A stretch of DNA of 64,000 nucleotides from Gracilinanus agilis (GCF_016433145.1 NC_058131.1:140753378-140817377); one strand, 5' to 3'; shown: positions 49,365 through 61,599, counted from the stretch's first letter. The notes: generated from the letters alone by a model not told the origin. Made by a program: numbers and translations.

Positions 49365-49700
49365 TAAGCATTTATTAAGTACATACTGTGTGCCAAGCAT
49401 CTGACTTGGCACTGGGAATACAAAAATGTATTAACCATGTTCCTGCTCTCAAAGAGCTGACACTTTATTGGGGTAATAATGTGTACCAATAGAAGTAGAT
49501 ACAGAATATATAATGTGCATACATGTATATATACATAAAATAAATATTGTATAAAATATGTTTCTATGCATTTAGGGGGATGAATGTCTTAGCATCTGTG
49601 GAATCAGGAAAGACAAAATTGCAAATTGTTTTTGAACTAAACAAAATGAGTCTTAGGGTTCTAAATGATAAAGATGATAGGAAAGTCATTTATCTTGAGA
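49365..49700 (-). mobile_element. L2 3' fragment
   Basis: aagcatttattaagtacatactgtgtgccaagc...cctgctctcaaagagctgac. Confidence 0.75.
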
Positions 49701-49749
49701 AACCAGGATAATTTTGCATATGGATTCAAATATATTCAAAGTCATTTAA

Positions 49750-49985
49750 AAGGACACAATGGGTCGCTGTAGAGAGAGAAGCAAACTGGAAGTCAGGAAG
49801 AGTTGATTTCAAGATTTTCCTTTGAAACTGTCTTTTTGGCATTAAGGAAGTCAGTTAACCTCTCCATGCCCCAAGAAATTCTCCCAAGACTGTAATTTCC
49901 AGAACTGTTGCTGAACTCTTCTAGTGAAGGAAGTTTCCTTATCAGTATTCCCTAGATTGATAAAAAATCATAGGACTAGATAAAT
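49750..49985 (+). mobile_element. MdoRep1-like SINE, degenerate
   Basis: ggaagtcaggaagagttgatttcaa...aattctcccaagactgtaa...gaaggaagtttcctt; same family as 24715. Confidence 0.55.
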
Positions 49986-50474
49986 GTATTTCTGTATCTT
50001 AAAATATCAGATTTTCTTCACTTACGTGGCATCAATTTTGAAAGGAGTACTTTTGGAAACTTGCTACATAACCAAGAGATTCCATTCTCATCGGTAGGTT
50101 AATTTAAAAAAGTTTTTGGAAAGAGGACAACACCTACAATTTCAATGCTATAGAGAGTTCACAATTAGGAAACTCCTTTTATAAATTTGGATTGGCATTG
50201 GCTCTGTATCTTACCATCTTAGAGAACTGCTGGAGCTCTTAGAGGAGGGAATGAAGGCAACCAGCCTGGTCTGCACTACAAAGCAGTGGCCCTAGAAATT
50301 CAAACCCTGTGAGGCAGGCTTTATAAATGTCCATATCACTACTGAGGAAATGGAGGGTGAAAGAATTTACAGAATTTTCCTAGACACAAGGTTAAAAATT
50401 CAGATCTCTCTTAATTCCATATTTATATTACTTTTTCATTCAGTGTAATGCCTTTATAACATGGGAAGCCTAAA

Positions 50475-50900
50475 TTGTAGGCTTTATAATTTTGATCCAG
50501 TGACACTGGCTTTCTTGGCTTTCTTACTGTTCCATGAATAAAACATGGCATATCCCTTGATTTGGGGTATCTTTTCTGGCTGTCCCCATGCATTGAATAC
50601 TCTCCTTCTTCATTTTCCCATCCACACTTCCCTAGCTTCCTTCAATTCCTTACTAAAACCCTATTTTCTACCTTAAGCCTTTCCCAATCCCTTTGAATTC
50701 TAGTACTTTCCCTCTTTTAGTTAGTTCCTAATTATCTTGGTATAAGTTATATGTACATATTTATTTGCTTGTTGTCTTTCTCCATTAGATTCTGAGTTCC
50801 CTGAGGGCAAGGACTGTCTTTTATCTCTTTTTTTTAATATCCCCAGTGATTAGAACAATATTTGACACAAAGTATGTGTTTAATAAATGTTTGTTGATTG
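50475..50900 (+). mobile_element. L2 3' terminus
   Basis: gatccagtgacactggc...ccctgagggcaaggactgtc...taataaatgtttgttgattg. Confidence 0.9.
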
Positions 50901-52712
50901 CCTTTTTGACCTTGTGGCTGTGACCTTCTCTGTTGACACTAATGGTATAGTGGTATGCTTTTATTATAACTCTGAATTTAATTGGCACCATTGGACCCAT
51001 ATTTGTAGTTTCTCCAGTTTTGTAGCTTTCAGAGTTTATATACTGTTAGCATAGCTTTCAAGTGGCCAGGGTGACCTCCACAGCATGATTAGACGCTGAA
51101 ATAAGAAATATAATGTCAATAGAATAATTGTTATTTTGAAAATGAGATTCATTGCTACTAGTCAAAGATTAATTATGTGGTCATGGAAATTTGAATCCAA
51201 AAGGTAGGTAGCACAATTTAAAAATTCGGGTCATATTATTTGTTTTTGCCTTCTGCTTCAGGGAAATTCTATAGTACAAACAAATTTTAAAATCTCTCTG
51301 TGGATAATTAAAAATGGAAAAAGGTCTCCTATATTGGATCAGGCCAAAAATGATTTACTCAAAATAAAAATGCGTTCTAGACCTGACGGAGATAATTACA
51401 TATGGGAAACTGTAGTTTCAATAGGGCAAGGACCTAATATGCCACTGATTTCACCCCCCACCTCAAGATGGTGCAATGAATGGGCTAAGGGGTAGTAAAC
51501 AGGGAGAAGACAGAAATGGCCCCAGGACTGAAAGGAAACCATTATGCCATCCTTCAATCTCTCACTCCACACATGACTTGGATGCTTATCTTCCAGGGCA
51601 CCAAGCAATATTTCAATACTGAGGAAATGATGTATTTGTTGTTATGCTTGAAGGCAGCATTCTCTTAGCCTCTCATCCCTGGTCTCGGGGGCCAGTATAG
51701 AAATTGTTTTAGTAGCTTTGGGACAGAAGAAGATGCTTTAAAAATAGCAGAGAAGATGGTGTCAAGACATAAGGCAGAGGGATTAAACAAGATGGCAGAG
51801 GAGGATGAGAGGAAAGAAGTAGAGGCAGGCAAACCACCTGAAAAGAAAATCTGTTTTTGCTTTGCTCTCTGCCAATAGTGTCTTGTAGTTTGTCTGAAGA
51901 GAAGTTTGTTATACATAGAGGACAAAGATACCTGCCAATACTGCTAAGTCCTCAGTGCCCATCTAATGCATTTTTTAAAAATTGGGATACCACCATGAAG
52001 AATTAGACCCTTTTGTTGGCTGATTAGGCCAGTCATTCTCAGCTTGCTCAGACTGCTGGTTCTCTTGCTTGTTTTCTTCTCTATCTTCATGAAGGAAATG
52101 TCCCTCACGTTTCTTTTGCATGTAACTCTCCTTTCCAGCTCTGTTCCCAAACCCTTCCTTCCTGTTATCAGCTTAATTTCCATTTATTTTTCCAAGTCTA
52201 TGATGCTGCTTTGTACACTTAGAAAGTTTACTCAGGGAAATCAATGATTAAATCCTTTATCCATGATAGAGTAGCCATTAGGAAGAGGACAGAAAACAGA
52301 AATCCTTTCTCTCAGGAATAAGCTTCAGAGGACTTGTCCCGCTTAGATGTAGAGCCTGAAGGGATCTGTGGGAAGGAGGTCTGCCTGTGGCTCTAGCCAA
52401 AGGACATGATAGAATCAAATCAAAAAGTACTTTTTAATGCGTCTATTTCTCAATTTCGCTGTCCATCTCCCTGGTGCCATCAGCAGCAAGTATTCATTGA
52501 ATCTCTATTGTGGCCATATCCAGGGCTTGAGTTGGGATTGAAGAAGATGGAAACAGCATTTTAGTTATTTTTGGAAAACTAATTTCATTTCAGATAACTT
52601 TACCAGGTAGAAACTTTCTTTCCCTTTCTCCTTTTTTCTTCCCATTCCCTACTTCCTTCTTTGTATCTCTTTTAAATGTACATAGAAATCATATTTTTAA
52701 TAATAATAATTA

Positions 52713-52895
52713 GGGGCAGCTGGGTAGCTCAGTGGAGTGAGAGCCAGGCCTAGAGACAGGAGGTCCTGGGTTCAAACCCGGCCTCAGCCACTTCCCAGCT
52801 GTGTGACTCTGGGCAAGTCACTTGACCCCCATTGCCCACCCTTACCAATCTTCCACCTATGAGACAATACACCGAAGTACAAGGGTGTAAAAAAT
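52713..52895 (+). mobile_element. SINE1_Mdo-type SINE, very young (CpGs retained)
   Basis: ggggcagctgggtagctcagtggagtgagagcc...aaacccggcc; TSD aataataataatta at 52699-52712 and 52896-52909. Confidence 0.97.
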
Positions 52896-52924
52896 AATAA
52901 TAATAATTATTATTATTATCAGAA

Positions 52925-53165
52925 TAGCAATAGCTAACATTTATTTAGTGTTCTAAGCTTTTTAAAATATGTCACAATTTTTTTTATCCTTACAACTCAG
53001 GAATGGAAGTTCTGCTATTATCCCCATTTTACAGATGAAGAAAATGGGGCAAAGAAAACAGAATTTAATGACTTGCCTAGAGTCATAGATCTTGTATCCG
53101 AAGCCAAATTTTCACTTAGGACTTCCTGACTCCAGGTTCAGAGCTCTATCCAAAATACCACTTAA
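52925..53165 (-). mobile_element. MAR/MIR SINE
   Basis: atagctaacatttatttagtg...ccccattttacagatgaagaaaatgggg...cttcctgactccagg. Confidence 0.85.
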
Positions 53166-53460
53166 CAATCTTTGTGTCCCCATTGCTTAGCAATGTGCCC
53201 GGCATGTAAGAGATGCTTAAAAATGATCACCGATTTCATTTGACTTAACTTCTTGAATTCTGTCTCAGGACATAGCCCCCATGTTTAAGGACAGCCAGTC
53301 CTAGATGGAGAGGATAAAGAACTCCACTGAATTTCCTTTTATTTCTGCCTGAATTTCTGGGGGAAATCTCCATTCTAAGTAAAATGTGGTTCTTAAATTA
53401 GGAAAAAGCACAATATAATTTTTGAAGGAGTTGGCTTACTAAATGAATTTATAACAATTC

Positions 53461-53756
53461 TTTTTAAAAATATTTTTTATTTTAATAATAATTTCCATAT
53501 AAGCTTTCTGAGGTTATATGATCCATATTCTCTTCCTCTCTTCTTCTCTCCCCCCTCCCCAAGCTTACAAACAATTTAATTTGGATTATACATGTATTAT
53601 CACTCAAAACATATTTCTATATTATTAATTTTTGTAACTGAATAATCTTATAAAACCAAATTCCCCAAACATATACCCAAATAAACAAATGATAAATCAT
53701 ATGTTTTCATCTGTATTTCTATCCCAACTGTTCTTTCTTTGTATGTGGATAGCATC
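53461..53756 (-). mobile_element. 5'-truncated L1 3' end
   Basis: Same 3' UTR type as 48555; TSD ataacaattc at 53451-53460 and 53757-53766. Confidence 0.9.
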
Positions 53757-53809
53757 ATAACAATTCCTTAGGACTTCAAGGAGCTATATTTTCCAGAATT
53801 ATAGAATCC

Positions 53810-54385
53810 CTAAAGCTTAAAGTTGGAAGAGACCTCAAAGATCATCTAGTGAGGCAATTAGGTGACATACAGGATAGAGTACTGGTCCCAAAGCCAGAGA
53901 TATCTGAGTTTAATTCTGACCTCAGATACTTACTAGTGATGGGACCTTGAACAATTCACTTAACCACTATATGCCTCAGTTCCCTCATCTGTAAAATGAG
54001 GATAATAATAATAATAACTATTTTCCAAAATTTTTGTGAGGAGAAAATGAGATTTATAAATTGCTTTGAAAACTTTGAGGCACTATTATTATTATTAAAA
54101 CAATTGGGACTCGAACAATATTTCTATCTGCAACAACTCAATAGGTTGTTTCTCATCCAGCATTTACTTGAAGACCTCTAGCAAAGGGAGTCAACTACTT
54201 GCTGAAAGAAGTTCAACCCCCTTTTGGATGGTTGTAATTATTAGGATATATTTCTTTCCTTACATAAGACCAAAGTTTAGCCCGTTGTAACTTAGTAACC
54301 CATTGCTTTCTTGGATCAGATGGAAAGGGTACAAACCCACTTCTACATGATAATCCTTTAAATACTTTAGGCAACTATTTTTCCA
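53810..54385. mobile_element. L3/CR1 3' end (minus) interrupted by a MIR (plus, about 53850-54090)
   Basis: aaagttggaagagacctcaaagatcatctag | MIR | catttacttgaagacctctag...ttggatggttgtaattattagg. Confidence 0.75.
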
Positions 54386-57212
54386 AGTTATTGATAAAAA
54401 TGTTTATTTTTAAGCAGCATAGAGCCAACCACAGTTCTCTCAGATGCTTCAGTGGAGATCTACCTCCAAATGGGCATTGAATCAACAGTTGACCAATTAA
54501 TTGACTTAGGCACCAGCCATTCCACCAGTTCTGAATTCACCTGCCTTTACTCTCTTTTAGCCCACAGCTCTCTGTGGCATGTGATAACCAAGAAAAATCA
54601 CAAGGATTAGAGCTTTTTATCCAGCAAATCTTAACTGATTGAATTTTCATAACCAGTGATCCAAGTTATACTCATAAAGTTGGTCCACATTCCTGTGGCA
54701 CATTCTGTAACCTTCTCTTTTCTTGGCCCTATCCAACACATGTCCTAAATACTTCAATTTATGCATGCAACTTGATATATAACCTGTACCCTCCAGCACT
54801 GGCTGCTTTGTAGAATTCATGGATCAATCCGCATGGACTTATGTACATGTTTAGTGGGGGACGGGGTAGGAAATTGTTGGATGAGATTATTTTTTCAGCC
54901 TTAAGAAAATGGGATAATTTTGATTCTAGGGTTTCTTTTTTCTTTATAAAATTAAAAAAAATATTTTTAAATTTTGAGTTCCAAATTCTCTCCTTCCCTC
55001 CCACCCTTCCTCCCACCTACTGAGAAGGAAAGCAATATGATATCAATTATATGTGTGAAATCATGTCAAACATATTTCCATATCAGACATATTGAAAATA
55101 AAACAAAAAAGTGAGAAAATTATACTCCAATTTCAAATCAGAGTTCATCAGTTCTTTTTCTGGAGGTGGATAGCATTTTTTTTTATCATGAGTCTTTTGG
55201 AATTATCTTAGATCATGGTATCGATCAAAGTAGCCAAGACTTACACAGTTGATTATTGTTATAATGTTGCTTTTACTCTGCACAATTATCTGCTAGTTCC
55301 TCTCACTTCCCTTTATATCAAAATTTGTATGTTTTGCCATGTTTTTCTGAAAGTAAATCCATCGTCATTTCTTATAACATATTAGTACTCTATCACAATC
55401 ATATGCTGCAACTTATTCAGCCATTCCCCCTCTTATGAATATCCCCTCGATTTCTAATTCTTTGCCACCACAAAAGGGTTGATATGAATATTTTTGTATA
55501 CATAGGTCTTCTCCTTTTAATTTGATCTCTTTGGGTCAAAGGGTATGCACAGGTTTATAGTTCTTTGGGCAGAGTTCCAAATTGTTCTCTGGAATGGTTG
55601 GAATAGTTCATTGCTCCACTAACAGTCCATTAGTGTACCTATTTTCACTTACCCCTTCCAATATTTGTCATGACTGATATGTGTGAGGTAGTACTTGAAT
55701 TGTTTTAATTTGTATTCCTCTAATCAATAGAGATTTAAAATATTTTTCCATATGACTATAAATAGCTTTGACTTCTTCTTCTGAAAACTGTCTGCTTATA
55801 TTTTTTGACCATTTATCAGTTGGGAAATGACTCTTATTTTTATAAAATTGACATAGTTTCTTATACATTTGGGAAATTAGTCCTTTTTCAGAGAAACTTG
55901 CTGGAAATTTTTTTGATATTGCTTCAATGTCTATGATGCATTTTAGCAAAATGTAGTTTTCCTGATTATCTCATTTAGTTAGGTCTATTTTTGCTTTTGT
56001 TTTATCTGAGATCATGTTTATCACCCCTGCTTTTTTTTTTCACTTCAGCTAAAGTATATTAGATTCTTCTGCAGCCCCTTATTTTATTTGTGTGTCTTTC
56101 TGTTTTGTATGTCTCTTGTAAACAACATATTGTTGAATTCTATTTTCTAATCCATTCTGCTATCCACTTCTATTTTGTGAGTTAGCTCATCCTTTTCATA
56201 TTCAGTTTTGATTACTCACTGTATCTTTTCCTGTACCTTTTTTTTCTTCTCTTTACTCTTTCTCTTTTTATCCTGTCCTTCCTCAAAATTCTCTTTGGCT
56301 TCTAACTACAACTTCCTTAATCAGTCCTCCTTTTTTTTTATCCCCTCTCTTCTTTTTCTTATCCCTTTCCTCTCCTGTATTCCCTATTAGGAAAGATGCA
56401 TACAATTAAGTATTTATATATTTTCTCTATTTGAACCAAATCAGATAAGAATGAGGTTTAAGCATTCTGCTGATTCCCCTGCCCCAATGCCATTTTCCCT
56501 TCCACTATAAAAGCTCTTTCTTACATGCCTTTTTTATGTGAGAAAATTTTCCTCATTCTACTTCTTCCTTCCCACTTATTTTGTGCATTTCTCTTTGTTA
56601 CCCCTTCATTATTTTTGGAAATCTTTCCAACCTAATTGATTTACAACAATGGCCCTCATTTTATGTAAACTCCCTCTAACTATTCTAATTATGAAAAAAA
56701 ATTCTTAGTAGTTTTATGAATTATCTTCCCATATAGAAATTAACTTTAAGCCCCTCATGATTTTTCTTTTATGTTTATCTTTTTATGCCTCTCTTGAGTC
56801 TTGTGTTTGAATGTCAAATTTTCTAATCAGCTCTGTTTTTTCATCAGGAATGCTTAAGAGTTCTCTATTTCATTAAGTATCTATTTCCCCTCTTAAAGCA
56901 TTGTACTCACTTTTCCTGGGTAGGTTATTCTTGGTTGTAATACTAGCTCCTTTGCTTTCCAGAATATCATATTCCAAGCCTTTTGATGTGGAATCTGACA
57001 AATCTTATCTGATCCTGACTAGGGCACTACAATGTTTGAATTTTTTCTTTCTGGATGCCTGCAATATTTTCTCCTTGATCTGGGAGATCTTGAATTTGAC
57101 TATAATATTCTTGGGAATTTTCATTTTGGAATCTCTTTCAGGAGATGATTAGTGGATTCTTTCAATTCCTACTTTACACACTGAATTTAGGGCAGTTTTC
57201 CTTGATAACTTA

Positions 57213-57412
57213 TTTTATTTTTTAAAATCCTTACCTTCCATCTTTGAATTAATACTAAGTATCAATTTCAAGGCAGAGGAATGGTAAGGGATAGGCAATT
57301 GGGGTTAAGTGACCCCCCAGGGTCATAGAGCTAGGAAGTGTCTGAGGCTGTCTTTGAATCCAAATGTCCTGTCTCCAGGCCTAGTTGTCTAAGCACTAAT
57401 CCACCTGTCACC
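57213..57412 (-). mobile_element. Older SINE1_Mdo-type SINE inserted into L1 ORF1
   Basis: aatccttaccttccatc...gaatggtaagggataggcaattggggttaagtgac...gtcctgtctccaggcctag. Confidence 0.88.
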
Positions 57413-57442
57413 AATAATTTCTTGAAATATTATGTCTGAGTC

Positions 57443-57447
<5 letters not shown>

Positions 57448-57480
<33 letters not shown>
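57448..57480. repeat. (TTA)n microsatellite
   Basis: Tandem tta run inside the L1. Confidence 0.95.
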
Positions 57481-57481
<1 letters not shown>

Positions 57482-59194
57482 TTTCAACATTTCTTAACTT
57501 CTCTCTCATCTATCTATTCTAACTTTGGTCCATGTCAGCTATTTTTATGATAAAATATTTCACATTTTTCTCTATTTTTTCATTCTTTTGACTTTGTTTT
57601 ATTGGTTTTGATATATCTTGTAGTCAGTGCCTTACATTTGCCCAAAGTTAATTTTTTAGAATATTATTTTCTTTAGTGAGCTTTTGAATCTCTTTTTCCA
57701 TATGACCAATTCTGTTATTTAAGAAATTCTTTTCTTTAGTGAATTTTTGTGTCTTTTTAAAAAAAAACATGAGGCCAATTCTGTTTTTTAAAGTGTTATT
57801 TTCTTTAGTATTTTTTGTGTGTCTTTTACCAAGCTACTAATTCTCTTTTTCATAATCTTCTTGTATCACCCTCATTTCTTTTCCAATTTTTTCCTCTACT
57901 ACTTTTATCTCTTTCTTTAATGGTTCTTGGAATTCTTTTTGCACTTGGGTCAAATGAGCATTTTTATTTTGAGGCTTGCTTGTAACTATTTTCATGCCAT
58001 TATCTTCTGAATTTATGTCTTGGTCTTGTCTACCACCAAAGTAGCTTCATTTCTTTTTTTGTTTTGCTTATTTTTCTAGCTCTTTTTTTACTTTAAACTT
58101 TATGTTAAAGTTGGACTTTATTTACTTGGAGATGGCACTGTGCCAAGCTTTAGGCTTTTTTTAATGTTGCTGTTTTCATAGATAGTTCTGTTAGTCTGCA
58201 AGTTTTCAATGCTTTTAAGGTGGTGTAATCTGGGGAGAGGTGTGATCACTGCTCTTCTGTTGCATGCTATGGTCTTTACTTAGGAAGTCCTTGTTCTTGA
58301 GCAGCTGATTTGCTTCCTCTTGGCTCTGGAAATGGACCATGACCACTGCTCTCTTGTGACCCATTATAATTGCTCCTCACCTCCCTAAAACTGGTACCCA
58401 GAACTGCATATACATACTTGGAATTGCCACTCAATACAAGCTACACTCAGTGCTAATATTGAGTACTCTATAATCTCTTTCTGACCAGTTGTCTGGCACC
58501 ATTAAGCTGAAAGGTCCCAAAGCTGTGGCTACTATTGCTGCAGTCCTTGTTGCCTCTTCTTGATGCATGTATTCTAAATAGATCTCCAGCCTAGTGATAG
58601 GGACTTCTCCTGTGAAACTCCTAATATTTCTTCGGTCAGAAATATTGCCTCACCTTGAAGTTTTGTTGGCTTCCCCACTGTACAATTTTATTTGAGTAAA
58701 CATTTTAAAGTTGTTTAGAGAAGCATGTTAAGAGTTCAGCTAGGTTACTTCCTCCAATCTATCATCTTGGTTCTGCCCCCCTCGATTCCAGTATTTCAAC
58801 CCCACCATCCCATAGTATGGTTTCTACTAGCCACACATGGCTGGTTTCCCATGGTTTTTGTGTTAGCTTCTGAATATCTTATGGTTATCGACAAGATGTG
58901 GCTGGTAGACTGTTTTGGAGGCTTTATTATAAGACCCTGGAATTATTGCTTTAGAAATAAAAAAAATTTAAAAAAACATTTCCTTTGCTCCCAATGCACT
59001 ACCTTCACTCTGCCAGATTCAATCCTTAAACTGGTGAAAGCAAGATAAGTTTTATTTTCTCTCTGACTTTCTGTAGTCATCTGTTTCTTTTATGACTATT
59101 TATTCATTTCAGAGTTAGATTTTAAGGTACCAGGAACTGTGAAGTGTTAACCTAGAATACCTTGTTTTTCTTTCATTCATCATACTTATTACTT

Positions 59195-59545
59195 TATTCA
59201 TTCATTCGTTCATTTGATAAATATTTATTGAAAGCATATTTTGTTTAGTGCTCTGTTGGAGAAACAAAGAAAACCTCTCCGTTCAAAGCATTTACTTTCT
59301 AGGAGAGGAAGTATAATTAATATTTATAATATAATGATATCATAAGAAAGTCTGTGATGTGGCATGTGAATTGTTCACACAAAGTTTCACAAGAAATCAG
59401 AGGAAAGAGACCAGTTTTATTGAAAGCGATCAGCAAGTACTTCTTGGAAGAGATAACATTTTAATTGGGCCAACAGTGATAGGAGAGGACTTTCAGTCAC
59501 AGAGAATAATTTGAGCAAAGATGTAGGTGAGGGAATAGCGCAAAG
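59195..59545 (-). mobile_element. L2 3' fragment
   Basis: ttcattcattcgttcatttgataaatatttattga...ctccgttcaaagcatttactttctagg. Confidence 0.7.
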
Positions 59546-59921
59546 CTTATGTAAATAACTTCCCTTAGGGTCAATCAGAAGATTTCTAGATGAGCCTCGG
59601 TTTCTGAAACCTTTTCCAAGAAAAATTATAAAGGTTAGCTGTGGGAAGAGTAGTGTCTACAGGGCCCATTCCAACGACTAGGAGGTAGGGAGAGGAACAA
59701 CAACAACTACCTTAGCTTTATTTAAAAGGTAATGACGGAAAGGGAGGTTGTCCTAAATAGAGAAAACCCAGAAATTTTGCTCCTAAACTATTGTTTTCCA
59801 ACAGCCTTCAAAGTAATTTCAGCAAGGAACATGAGAGACAGAAGGCTGAATAATGAAATATTTACCAAATAAAGCATGCAACCACACCACTAATAACTGA
59901 ATATTTTATATTTTGACTTAC

Positions 59922-59996
59922 TTGAGTTCTATGATTTCCAAAAGTCTCTGTGGGATTGAAACTGTTAGGAGTTTGTTCATTGTTGTTGTTACTCAT
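59922..59996 (-). CDS. Candidate first coding exon (exon 59922-60012); encodes MSNNNNEQTPNSFNPTETFGNHRTQ with a phase-0 donor; product unknown
   Basis: Acceptor cctctttttctctcattttcag|C at 60012 and donor CAA|gtaagt at 59922; unique sequence; all three frames are blocked for read-through, but the ATG (purine at -3) gives exactly 25 open codons to the donor. Confidence 0.45.
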
Positions 59997-60239
59997 TTCG
60001 AGATTATTTCAGCTGAAAATGAGAGAAAAAGAGGCAACAATAATGTACTTTGGTGACCAACTAATTTTTGTCTCATCCAAGGTCAGAAGAGGAGGCACAG
60101 TGAAATTGGAATGGGAAGGAGTTAGCATAGATCCAAGGGAATGTTGTTCCTTCTAGTGAGGATCATTAAGTAATGGAATGGGTCACCCAAATAGTCTGTG
60201 AGATTCCTCCTTTGAAGGTCCTTAAAAATAAGAAAGATG

Positions 60240-60364
60240 AATCCAGCCTCAGACACTTCCCAGCTGACCCTGGGCAAGTCACTTGACCCCCATTGCCTAC
60301 CCTTACCACTCTTCCACCTATAAGTCAATACATAAAAGTTAAGGGTTTAAAATTAAAAAAAAAT
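60240..60364 (+). mobile_element. 5'-truncated SINE1_Mdo-type SINE, young, in an L3 3' UTR remnant
   Basis: aatccagcctcagacacttcccagc...cacctataagtcaatac; perfect TSD aaataagaaagatg at 60226-60239 and 60365-60378. Confidence 0.95.
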
Positions 60365-61104
60365 AAATAAGAAAGATGTTTATTTCTCTGAGGTGGATAA
60401 AGAGAAATACCTAAAGTAAGGAGGATGAATTAGATCGTTTTTACTTTCTAATCAGTGCTTAGATTCCAAATAGTTAACAGAATTCCTCAGTCAGCTTGCA
60501 GAAAGTTATAAGTAACTCAGAACTTTTCTGGATGTATAATAGAACTTGGTTAATATACAATACAAACAACATAGTAAGGTTGGAAATATGTTGTTATCCC
60601 CCTTTCTCAGATGAGGAAATAGTCTGAAAATTGCCTGAAATCATCTGATCTCACAGGTAGGTTGAAAATAATTCTGGAGCTCCCTAGCTTTCAATTCAAG
60701 GCTTGGAGTCATAGCTAGAATGTATTTTCATGCTTCCCGAGGGAAAAGAGTATTGTTTTGCTTTGAAGGATGGTGATTAATTTCATTCAGTAAATATCAG
60801 AAAAGTACCCATTGTGTGCAAAACACTGTACTAACTAATAGGGATACAAACTTCATGTTTCCCCTAAACACTGTTTCTGCACTTGTTAAATTTATATTCT
60901 TCTTGAGAGAATATGTCCTTAGACAGAATTGACTTATATGTTGCCCAAAGCATTATAGGGTAGCAGGTCAGATTCAGTAAAGACATTTTCCCCACCTGGA
61001 GAGCTAATCATCTAGTTCAGATTATGCAATTCTTTATTCCCCTTTAAAAATAAAGTATGTGCCTTAAGGCAAATGAGTGAAACTGGTACATGTTTTCCTG
61101 AGGC

Positions 61105-61345
61105 AGCTAGGTGGCATGGTAGATGGAATGTTGGTCTTGGAATCAGGTAGACCTGATTTTGAATCTTACTTCACCTATTTATTAGCTATGTGATCCTGGA
61201 TCAGTCCCTTAACTTTGGTTTTCAGAGCTCTGAAATAGGAATAAAAGGAGCATCTATCTCAAGAGGCTGTTTTGAGAATCAAATGAGACAATATACGGAA
61301 TGCAATTATTTATAAGCCTTAAAACACTATATTATTATTATTTAG
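61105..61345 (+). mobile_element. MIR SINE
   Basis: gaggcagctaggtggcatggtagatggaatgttggtcttggaatcagg...gaatcaaatgagacaat. Confidence 0.85.
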
Positions 61346-61599
61346 ATTGACTCCTTCTCTCCTGATTGGTTTGGAAGGAAATACTTAATTAAAGATTGAT
61401 CTAACATTAAGGATGATTTTGTACTTCTAATAGAAGAAATTCCTGACTTCATATAATATGGGGTAGTCGTAAGGCAACTCTAAGGCTGCATCTACCCCTA
61501 CTATATGCTGCTAGATTGCTTTGGTGGTCTTTGAAAAAAAATCTGTCCTGAGTTATTTCTGACCCACCATAAGAATCATTTTTTGGGATCGATAGAGAG

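Larger units (their letters stand above)
54936..58783 (-). mobile_element. 5'-complete L1 with 5' UTR, degenerate ORF1, ORF2 endonuclease start, a large internal ORF2 deletion (junction about 55912), ORF2 C-terminus and 3' UTR
   Basis: 5' end catcttggttctgccccc (reverse complement of ggggcggagccaagatgg); ORF1 C-terminal motifs at about 56720-57200; EN N-terminus at about 55915-56240; degenerate TSD gattctagggtttc (54922-54935) and gattccagtatttc (58784-58797). Confidence 0.88.

Noticed and set aside
48997-49371. 124-aa minus ORF with recognisable protein motifs
   Set aside because: L1 ORF2 C-terminal remnant fused to flanking sequence; not a host gene.
51040-51100. Strong minus-strand acceptor (tttcttatttcag)
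   Set aside because: All frames reach stops before any good donor.
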